Shown: one piece after another, positions 26,054 to 35,400 of the stretch
How the letters are laid out: every line of letters starts with the position of its first letter
Position numbering within the stretch: position 1 is the first letter of the stretch
From: a virus
Lineage: Duplodnaviria; Caudoviricetes
Direction: 5' to 3' (one strand)
Virus record (IMG/VR): IMGVR_UViG_3300033076_001007
Location: 1 to 37,680 of that record
Length of the DNA: 37,680 nucleotides
Translations under genes and position numbers: made by a program
The notes under the pieces: model-generated
What the model saw: only the letters and a program-made list of their open reading frames with translations
What the model was told of the DNA's origin: nothing
Databases searched by the model: none

Positions 26054-26228
26054 ATTGGACAGAATGAACGGAACGCCAGAATCCGCGCCGGTCACGCCGG
26101 GAATGCAGCAGTCCATGCGTGACCCGCGTGATCACTGGCCGAACCCGGCGATCTGTCCAAAAATTGCACCCAGATGATCGAGGCTGCAGGCCGCATTCTG
26201 CCGTTGTGATTTTCTGAGTATTGGACAG
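26028..26228. other. Candidate attP: arm-type TTGGACAG repeats around a putative core ATGCAGCAGT
   Basis: TTGGACGA at 26033, TTGGACAG at 26055 and 26221, inverted CTGTCCAA at 26153; lies where early and late transcription converge, downstream of int. Confidence 0.6.
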
Positions 26229-26229
26229 T

Positions 26230-26517
26230 TCAGGTGTCGAACTGGATGCGCTTCACGCACGCGATCTGGTCAATCCAGTCTTCCTCGTGAACCGGCCCGA
26301 ACGGCCAGCCTACGAGCCAGTGACTAACGTGCTGCCATTCGCAGCGGTACGTCCCGCGGTCGATGCCGGCCGCGATGTAGGCGACCGGGTTCTCGCCCCG
26401 AAATCCGTAGCTGTTGACGTCGACCCCGGCGCCGATGTCGAGGTAGGTGCCGTGGCTGGCGCAGCCTGATGCGAGGATGGCGACCGCGATCGCCGAAAGC
26501 AGTCTCGAGGCCGGCAT
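26230..26517 (-). CDS. 95-aa lipoprotein
   Basis: Lipobox LASG-C after a basic plus hydrophobic signal; TGATG coupling to the tail fibre gene. Confidence 0.75.
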   Translation of the reverse strand: MPASRLLSAIAVAILASGCASHGTYLDIGAGVDVNSYGFRGENPVAYIAAGIDRGTYRCEWQHVSHWLVGWPFGPVHEEDWIDQIACVKRIQFDT

Positions 26518-27500
26518 CAGACCTTGCCCATCGCCATCCAGTAGAACCTGCGGTCGGACGCGTCTCCGTTGTACAAAGTGAAACCGGAGCCTGTTGCGCC
26601 GTCAACCGCGGCCACGTTTTCGGCCATCGTGACCGCCGTCGTGATCGGCGTCGCCGTCACTGAATAGAGCTCGCTCATCGCCTTCCCGAACGTAACCGAG
26701 ACCGACGAGTTGGCGGTGACAACAGCGGTCGGGCCGCCCTGTAAGCACAGGCCGCCGGGCAGAGTGTGGTAGAACGTCGCGCCGACCGACGTGGTTCCTG
26801 ATAGAGACGCGTCTTGAGGAAGACTCTGGTCGCTGGTCAGCGAGCCGGGCGTCACTGCTGCCACCGTCAGAGATCCTGTTACCACCTCTGCCCCGGTGGC
26901 GTACCTGGTCGTGCCAGACTGGACGGTGGTTGCGGCGTTGACGACGAAATCGAGCGTGTTGTCGGCATCGTCGTAAGTGACGGTCATCGACGTTTCTGTG
27001 TTGCCTACCACCATGGCGCCGACAGTGTCTGCGACGAACTCAGCGATCGCGGTTCCTGCAACCTGGAGCGTGCCCGTGAAGTTGTTGGTCCCGCTGAACG
27101 TGTTGTTACCGGCGAGCTCTGCGACGTTGAGATTCGGGGCTTCATCGAACGTGATCGCCGTGGTTCCGACAGTGATCGGGTCGGCGGCGGTGACCCAGTA
27201 AAACGCTGGCGTGCCCGCCGTCGCGCTGGCTACCACGACCAGTGTCCCCTGCTTGACGTCACGGTTGCCATCGAAGTCAGCAGATCGCGTCCAGTCTCCT
27301 GTCGAGACGTCGTAGATCCCGTTGTCTACTGAACTGGTCTGCGCCGTGACGAGCACGCGATCGCCTGCCGTGACTGCGACGCCGCCCACGGTCTGCTCGC
27401 CGGACAACGTGATGTTCGTCGTCGCGACCGCGGCAACCGGAGCCTTGACCGCAACGCTGGTGGTTATGCCGTTGATCCTGTCGTTTGAAGTGCTTGCCAT
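26517..27500 (-). CDS. Tail fibre-like protein (327 aa)
   Basis: NITLSGEQT..GV....GDRVLV..Q.....NGIY...W.R..D N-terminal module; C-terminal LPGGL.LQ.G..VTF..YW.A.G fibre tip; AAGGA RBS. Confidence 0.85.
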   Translation of the reverse strand: MASTSNDRINGITTSVAVKAPVAAVATTNITLSGEQTVGGVAVTAGDRVLVTAQTSSVDNGIYDVSTGDWTRSADFDGNRDVKQGTLVVVASATAGTPAFYWVTAADPITVGTTAITFDEAPNLNVAELAGNNTFSGTNNFTGTLQVAGTAIAEFVADTVGAMVVGNTETSMTVTYDDADNTLDFVVNAATTVQSGTTRYATGAEVVTGSLTVAAVTPGSLTSDQSLPQDASLSGTTSVGATFYHTLPGGLCLQGGPTAVVTANSSVSVTFGKAMSELYSVTATPITTAVTMAENVAAVDGATGSGFTLYNGDASDRRFYWMAMGKV

Positions 27501-27513
27501 GTTGCGGTCCTTG

Positions 27514-29469
27514 TCAGGTTGTCATGTACTCGAGGTATGACCCTTCGTAAAGGGTCACACTAGCTGCTGCTGTCTGCGTATTCTGAGCGAATGCTATCTT
27601 GAACACGCCGCCACTTGCTCCTACCCGCAGGTATATATCTTCGTAAACCACGGAATCCCCAGTGACTGTCGCTAAAAGCGTCTGGTCCGCGCTGTCGAAT
27701 GCGGTAGACGGCGCAACCGTAGGGAATGTCGCTGAGGTTCCGGCAGGAACGGAGTAAGTACGAACCCTGAAAACACGAGTAGTTGTTCCGGCGTGAGTGA
27801 CGCGGTACTTGATGTCTGCGGTCGAGTTTCCGCTGTTGAACAAGCATCTAAGGCGAATGTGATAGTTAGTGTTAGCGCTTGTTGTAAATTGCAGGTACGT
27901 AGAATCCGTCAGTACCGCAGAGTTCGTTACCTGCTGGTCATCGGTCGCAGTTACCATCGTCCACGGGTTAGTTGCTACCGTAGCGAATGTCGGAGCAGAT
28001 GACGCCCCGCTCGACTGGAGAACCGTGCCGCTCGCGCCTAGAGCAAGTTCGACAACCTGACCAGATCCGTTGCTGTAAAACACTCGCCAGTTGTTTGCGG
28101 TGTGATCGCTGGTAGATGTGATCGCATGACTTTGCGCGTGAGCGTTGATCGTTACCGAGTCGCCAGTAGCGTCGGTCGTCATCGTCACGCCAGTTCCAGC
28201 GACCAGGGTCAAGGTGTCAGACGTCGAGTCCGCCACGACGTTGCTCTGCCCGCTTACGGCAATCGTTCCGAACGCGTTGGCTGGCGCGGCGAAGGTCGGG
28301 GCGGAACTTGCGCCGCTTGAAGTTAGAACGGTGCCGTTTGCCCCAAGAGCCAACTCGACTACGGCGTTCGTCCCGTTGGAGTAGAAGACTTTCCAGTTGC
28401 CTGCAACATGGTCTGTTGTAGACGTCATATTGTGGGCTTCAGCGTGTCCGGCTATCGTGACTTCGTCAGTCCCCGCGCTGGTCGTCAGCGTGATGCCGGT
28501 TCCGGCCACAAGCGTAAGAGTGTCTGACGTGCTGTCGGCCACCACGTTGGATTGACCAGACACCGCCACCGTGCCAAACGCGTTGGGAAGAGCGGAGAAC
28601 GTCGGAGCAGTGGCCGCGCTGCTGGAGGTCAGAACCGTGTTGGCCGCCCCCAGAGCGAGCTCTTGAACAAGCCCATCCGCGTCGCTATAGAAGACCTTCC
28701 ACAGGCCCGCGCTATGATCGCTGACACCGGTCATAGCGTGAGTGCGCAAATGCCCGGCCACCGTCACCGTGTCTGTTGCGGCGTCGGTGGTCAGAGTGAT
28801 GCCGGCTCCTGCCGCCAACGTGAGCGTGTCCGCAGCGGCGTCAGCAACCACGTTGCTCTGACCGCTGACCGCGATCGTGCCAAACGCGTTTCCACCGCCG
28901 CCTGGTTGGTCATACCAACCTTTCACTCCGCTGCCGTTGGTGCCGTATAGCTTGGAGTTGCCAGGCGCCGACGCGTCTCCAGACAGCTTCAGTCCGCTCG
29001 CGTCCGACGTCACCGACATCTGCGTGATGGCATCCGCGCTGACCTGCTGACCTGTGAGAGTCAGGTTGATGGTGCTCGAGTCAGCCACCGTGACTGCGTC
29101 GTGCAGTTGCGCGTGCGTATGGTCGCCGGCAGCAACAGTGCCGGCCGTCGTTCCGGTATTCAGCGTGGCAGAGTTACCCAAACCAAGGGTCGCCCTCTGC
29201 GCGATATTGTCAGCGTCATCGAGCAGTGCCTTGCCGGCGGTGGTCACGTCGCCACCCATCTTGGCGGTGGTCACCACACCGTTGTCGATCGTCCAGGTTG
29301 CGCCTGACCCGCTGACGGTGATGTCGCCTTTGTCGCCGTCACTCAGGGTTCCGCCGGTCGAGGTCGTCGCCGGCAGGAACGGAGACACGATCCGGTAATC
29401 GATCGAGACCGGCCGCATCCTGTTTCCGGCGCGGCCCGTCTTGGTTGGCTTTGTGGGTCTGCGTGCCAT
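27514..29469 (-). CDS. Tail fibre-like protein with three 102-aa tandem repeats (651 aa)
   Basis: LSDGDKGDITV..TIDNGVVT..K, GKALLDDA...QRATLGL and GTVAAGDHTH fibre motifs. Confidence 0.85.
   Translation of the reverse strand: MARRPTKPTKTGRAGNRMRPVSIDYRIVSPFLPATTSTGGTLSDGDKGDITVSGSGATWTIDNGVVTTAKMGGDVTTAGKALLDDADNIAQRATLGLGNSATLNTGTTAGTVAAGDHTHAQLHDAVTVADSSTINLTLTGQQVSADAITQMSVTSDASGLKLSGDASAPGNSKLYGTNGSGVKGWYDQPGGGGNAFGTIAVSGQSNVVADAAADTLTLAAGAGITLTTDAATDTVTVAGHLRTHAMTGVSDHSAGLWKVFYSDADGLVQELALGAANTVLTSSSAATAPTFSALPNAFGTVAVSGQSNVVADSTSDTLTLVAGTGITLTTSAGTDEVTIAGHAEAHNMTSTTDHVAGNWKVFYSNGTNAVVELALGANGTVLTSSGASSAPTFAAPANAFGTIAVSGQSNVVADSTSDTLTLVAGTGVTMTTDATGDSVTINAHAQSHAITSTSDHTANNWRVFYSNGSGQVVELALGASGTVLQSSGASSAPTFATVATNPWTMVTATDDQQVTNSAVLTDSTYLQFTTSANTNYHIRLRCLFNSGNSTADIKYRVTHAGTTTRVFRVRTYSVPAGTSATFPTVAPSTAFDSADQTLLATVTGDSVVYEDIYLRVGASGGVFKIAFAQNTQTAAASVTLYEGSYLEYMTT
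27973..28890 (-). repeat. Three tandem 306-bp coding repeats
   Basis: NAFGT(I/V)AVSGQSNVVAD begins at 28890, 28584 and 28278. Confidence 0.9.
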
Positions 29470-29472
29470 CGA

Positions 29473-32400
29473 TCAGTTCCTGGGCGGGCCGGCGACGAGC
29501 GCCAGCGGGTTGTCTGTTTCTCCTTCTGCGAGCGCCACTGCGCCGCGTACGGTGCGGTCGACTTGAAGTGCCGGGTAATGGAACACGATACCGCCGACGC
29601 GGTTCGCAGAGCGCAGGAACGACTGGTCGACTTCGCCCTGACCGATCTGCACGGCGAGCGCGACCGAATCTCCGAAGATCCGCGTGCCGGCCGGGCCCTG
29701 ATACATGCCGTACCCCTGGACCACGCCAGACAGTTCCCTGAGACCGACAAACTGCCCAAGCATCATCGACGCCTGCTCGCGTAGGATCTTCTCGGCTAGA
29801 GTCTTGTCGTCGTCATCGTCATCGCCCGGCAGAAGCGCTTCACGGATCATCATGCCGAGCACGCTCGGGACCGTGTACAGAAGCAGCATGTCACCGATGA
29901 AGAGTCCGACCTCGCGCGGCTTGGTGAAGTCGGTCTTGTTGTACGACTCGCTCGCGAGGTTGAACGTCGTGTTCATGTAGCTCATAAAAACGGTGAACAG
30001 CTTCGCCATTCCGTTACCGCGCATGATCCCGGCGATGTCACCGGTCTGACCGCCCATCTGGGTATCGCGCACGGCCTGGTCCGCGGTAGACACCGCGTCC
30101 GCTTCTTTCATGCCGGAGTCGAGCGCCTTCAGGTACGCGCCTTGCCAGGTCGGGAAGTCGACCGTGCTCTGCATCTTGGAAATCAGCGCGAACATGGCGG
30201 CCGTCATCTTGGTGCCACCCTTGATCGTGTTCAGCGCCTCGTTGATCTCTTGGGTCAGAGTCCGCGATCGGTTGCGCATGAACTCGCTCTTGCCCAGGAT
30301 CTCCTCGCTCATCTTGAACGGGTTCGAGTAGAACGACTTGAGACCCGCCCACGCCCACGCTGGCCTGAGCCTGACGATCGACTGCGCGTAGCCTGTGACC
30401 TGAAGCGCAGCGGTGGTCAGGTTCAGACCAAGTGACGCTACCGACACGCCGGTGCGCATCCAGAGCAGGCCGCGCTCGAGCGTGTTCATGTAGACCCGGT
30501 CGCCGGCCGCGCTGTCCTGAAGCCACGAGTTCAACTGGTCAAGCGTCTGCTCTCCGTGGTTGGCGATGATCTCCCGCTTGATGTCGCCGTCGCGCAGGAT
30601 GCGGTTGACGTCATTCACCGCTTCGAAATGCGTCAGGTCGTGGATGACGTTGTTCAGGTGGATCGCGATGACGTCGATGTCGAGAGAGATCGGCTGGCCT
30701 TTGACTGCGGATACTCGAGCCTGCCTGTGGCCGTTCTTGGTCTGAGCCATAAACGCTTCGCCAGACATCAGCGCGTTGGCGGCCTCTTCCGTATTCTTGA
30801 AGAACTGCGAGGTGCCCTTCTTGCTGTCGTATTTGATCGGGAAGTACGCGCCATTGATGATCCCGTACTTGGTCCGAACCGGGATGCCTTCGACCTTGCC
30901 GGGCTCGACGCCGTAGACCCGCTTGTGCATGGCCGCGATCTCGGGCCAGTACCCATTGACCAGCGACCAGATCTCTTCGACGAATGCCCAGTCGTCGCGA
31001 GTCAGGTGCTTGTCGAGCGCCTTCATCACTTGCGCTTCGTCCCAACCGTAGCCGTCGAGCAGGCGCTGCTTGTTGCCTTCGTTGCCCAGGTTCAACGCGA
31101 TCATCAGCAAGTTGGCCTTGCTGGCGTTGCCTGAGTAGATCTGGGTCTTCAACTCTGGGATGAACGTCTTGCGGAAGAACTCGTCCTTGACCATGCCGAG
31201 CGTCGCCTTCGACGCCTTCATCTTGATCGCCTGACCGATCGACGTGTAGCGGTCGAACGCCGCCTTCATCTTCTCGGACGCTTCGGTCTTCATGCTGGTC
31301 TCGCGGTTGGCCGCCTCGTTCATCGGGCGCAGCACGTTGCGATGCCAGAAACCGTTGTCCTTGAACCCGTCCAGCAGGCGAATGAAGAACGACGGCTTGC
31401 GGTGCAGGGCGACCAGGTTGCCGGCGGTCTTTGCGACGACGTCCTGCGGACTGTCGTCGAACTCGAGCAGTTCGCCCTTGCCGCGCTCCTGCGCAGACTC
31501 GATCAGCTTCGCCTTGAGTTCGTCGAACTGAAGCTTGTCGATCGCCTTGAGCAGACGGTCCTGATGGCGCGACATATGGTCGAGGTGCTTGACCGCGTCG
31601 TTGATGCCGGTCAGTTCGTCGACCGTCATCTCCTTGTAGTTCTTCTTGAGCGTGAGCCTGGCGAGCTCGGGAGGCAGGAAGATCGGCACCTTCTCCTCGG
31701 CTTTCTTTTCGAGGAACGCCTGCATCTCGGCGACCCAGTCGAGTTGACGAAGCGGGACGTTGAGCAGATCCACCCGCGACAGGATCGCGTCGATCGGGGT
31801 CAGGTAGTCGGTTTTCCCAAGCCGCTCGCGGATGCTCTTCTTGCTGAACGACCGCAAGAACGCGACCTGCTTGTCGGCCGCCGCCTTCGCCTTGGTGGCG
31901 AGCAGGTACATCTGCAGGTTGAGCGCCTCGGCCTGCTTGTGGGCAGACGCGGTGACGTAGTCCTGACGAGCAAGAGCCTCTTCGCTGGCCTTTGCCGCCT
32001 TGCGCATGGCGACCAGGTAGGTGTTCGGCTGGAGATCCCTGACCCTCATCTGCGAGATCCGCCCTTCGGCGATCTGCTTGAAGACCTCGACGCCAGGCAC
32101 CGCGCGCAGGGTTGCAATCCCCTGCCGCTGGGCCTGGCGCTGTTCTGCTGCCGCAGTCTTGAGCATGGGCGCTGCAGCCCGCTGGAGCGCGTGCAAGGCT
32201 TTCAGTTCCGCTTCCAGCACCTGCTCCTGCCTCTCGTTCAGGACGGCCATCCGGGCCTCCTGTGCGCGCAGGCCGGCATCTCTCATCATGTCGCCGTGCT
32301 CGGCCCGCATGCGATCGCCTGCCAGGCGCCGGACCTCTGCCCGCAGGCCAGGAGTCCGGGCGAGCTCGCGGACCATCTCGTCGCCGCTGCCGTAGCCGTA

Positions 32401-35400
32401 AAGCTGGGCAGCCTCGTCCGGGGAGATCGAGTCTTCGATGCGGACGACGTTGTGCTTCTTGAGCGCGGCCAGAATCTCGGGCGCCTCGTCGCCGTAGGTG
32501 GCCTCGATCGCGCGCCGGGAAAGCTTGACCGCTGGCACTTCTCGACCATCGGGAAGCTTGCCAGTGGCAATAGCAACGATCGTGCGGAATGGCCGAGTCT
32601 TGAGCAACTCGGCCTCCACTTCGTTCTCCATCCGCGCGGTCTCTTCCTTCCACCACTTCTTCTGCTCGCGGACCCACTCGTCGTACATCGCCTGCTCGAG
32701 CCGCTGGTGCGCCTCCGCGTTGGCGACCTCGATCGTCTTGCGGTAGTTCTTGAACTGGGCCTCGCTCATGCCGGCAGAGGTGGCGTCGAGGAAGATCGGG
32801 CGGATCTGCAGTTCCTGCCTGGCGGCTTCGATCTCTTCCTGGCTCGCGAGCATGCGGTCCATGACACCGCGCACCTCGTCGGACAGATTCACGTTGAGAG
32901 ACGTGATCTGCTTGTAGATCTGAGTGAGCCAGATCTTGAATCTATGAAACGCGGTGCGCAGTTCAGGCGACGGTGCCTTGCCTTCCATCAGGTACGATTC
33001 GAACCCGCGCGCGAACTGCTCGTGGCGATCGACGTCAAGCTGCGACCAGTCGTCGAGCTTCATCCACTTGAGCAGAGCGTCGGAGTCGTCGAGGTACTGC
33101 TGCTGACGGTCGGTGATCTTTTCGCCGCGGGCGAGCCTTGCCTGCAGTTCACCAACGAAGTCGCGCATCACTTCCAGATACGCGTGCGCGGTCTCGTGCA
33201 TGAACGTCGAGAGGTCTGCGTTCTCGAGCAGACCTATGTTCAGGCGCGACGGCGCGCCTTCCTGGCGGCGGATCTGCATGAAGCCGCGAGGGGCGTTCTC
33301 GTTGCGCTGGTTGAGAATGGTTGGTCTGGCGGTGCCAGATTGCAGGAGGAGGTCGGGGGCGGGCGCCCCCTGATCGGTCAGGAATTGTTCGGCATCGGCG
33401 CGGACCTCGTCCCCGCCGAGTACATCTCCACCGGGTTCTCCGCTCGCGGTTTCTCGAGCCTGGCGATTTGCATCTTCAAGCCCTTGACGAACGGATTGTC
33501 CGACCCACTTCTTGCCTCCGACTCCTTCAGTGCTTCCTTCAGGAGTTCCAGTTGCGAGGGCATCGATCTTCTCCTGGTACTGGGAAGAAAAAGCCACCTG
33601 GGTCTCGTACCAGAACTGCCCGGCAAACGAGACCCCTTCTATTTCGGCCGACACGCGTTCCGCGAGAGCGCGGAGCGCAGAGGCACGCTCCGCTATCCTA
33701 TCACCAACGGCACTATCGTCCAACCCGTCGAACGAGTCCATGCCGTACCGCTGCTCGAACTCGGGGACATACTGCAAACGCACGCCGACCGCGGGCGGCA
33801 TTTCCCCGGCAACGGCAGACGGGCTGCGCCGACCGTCGACGACCACCGTGAAGAACTCGACACCCTGCGTCGCCAGTTCGGCCAGGACTGCTTCAAGACG
33901 GTCGGCCGCCGCTGCGTCCCTGAAGTAGATCTCGACGCCCGGCCGATGGACCAGCGGATCGACGTCTTCGTCCGGGCGCAGCACCCTCGACAGGAACACG
34001 CTGTCCTGCTTCGCAGCCTGCGCTTCCTTCAGCATCCGCAGCCAAAGCGGGCTGGCATCGAAACCTTCGCGCGCGACGACCTCAAGATCCAGCGAACGCT
34101 CGACGCCGCCATAGCGACCTTCGGTTGCCAGCGCCTTCGAGCCCAGAACAGTGGCGCCGTCGTCGGCTTCGTAGATCGCCGCGCGGATCGACTCGGACAA
34201 CCGCACCATGTCGGTGTCAGTTGGCACATAATCGACGCCCTGCGTATCCGCGGACATCTGGGTCGACAGGCCGCCGACGAACCGGTCGACCGTGCGTTCC
34301 AGCGTAGCCAGTTCGGCGCGCGCTTCCGCCTTCTGCTCCGGCTTCGACCGCGACGAGTCCAAGATCCGCCGCAGTTCTTTGATCCGTGCCTGCTTGGCCG
34401 ATCCCGTCAAGTCAGCCTCGAGCTCAAACGAACCACCCTCGCCGGCCACACTGGTCCAGTTGTTGACCGTCCAGAGTTCCTTCTCGATGAACCACACGAC
34501 GGCCTGCAAGTCGTCGTCGTTGATCTCTGCCAGGGTTTTGTCGGTCTTCAACTCCGCGTCGGACCTGATGCGCTTGACGGCTTCAGAGAACACGTCCTGC
34601 CCAAACCCGAACTGCAGAGTGGTCGATCCGTCCTCGCGCATCTCGCCGGAGACGCCGGTCTCAGCCATGCTGGGGATGCGGCGACCGCCGGCCAGGCGCT
34701 GAAGCATGCGCGCCGCCCAGACGTCGATCGTGGCGCGCTCGCGGAACCCGATGAGGTTGCCGGAGAAGTTGACGGCTTTCGGCGCCGTGCCGCCTCTAGC
34801 GATGTCGGCGTCAGCATTGCGCACCACGCGCCACAGGCCGACCATCGCGCGGGCGACGTTGCGGCCGTTGAAGCCGTAGTTCTTCCCGCTTTCCTTGGTC
34901 GGAAGCATGGACGCCGGCAGCTTCCGCGCTTCCTTCAGCGCGTCGAGCTTGGCCTGATACTCAGGCTGCGCCTTGATGTCCTTCTTCGACAGGCCGATCG
35001 TGAGCCCGGCGTTGAAGTACGCCTTCAGGTCGGACTCGAGCGCGTCGATGTTGTCTGCCCACGCCTCCCACTGAACGATGAGCTTGTCGAAATCGCCGCG
35101 CATCGCCCGGCGCAGGGAGTCGACAGCATTGGACCAGTTATCGCGAACCGGCGTGTTCGGACTGGTAGCGCCGAGCAGATCGGCGAACAGATCGCCTAGA
35201 CCGCCGAACTCCTGGCGCAGCCGGGTCCGCATGGACTTGTACCATCCAGCTTGGGCCAGGATGTTCTGCGCGTTCTTGTCTCCAGCCTGCGCGCGCGCGA
35301 ACACTCGCCGCACTTCTTCCGTCATGCTTTTGGCGAGCGCGTTGACCCTACGCTTGCGCTCTGGCGTGCCTTCCCCAAGTTGCCTGCCATCTGCGTCAGA

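Noticed and set aside
24724-26229. tRNA gene or tRNA-derived att core after the integrase
   Set aside because: No cloverleaf or T-arm/CCA-like segment recognised.
27973-28890. Diversity-generating retroelement TR/VR pair
   Set aside because: Repeats are in-frame coding units with synonymous, not adenine-specific, differences, and there is no reverse transcriptase in the window.
30611-32677. 688-aa alternative-frame ORF
   Set aside because: Arg/Gly/Pro-rich off-frame translation typical of high-GC coding DNA.
31342-35199. 1285-aa plus-strand ORF
   Set aside because: Antisense shadow of the GC3-rich giant gene; no motifs or RBS.
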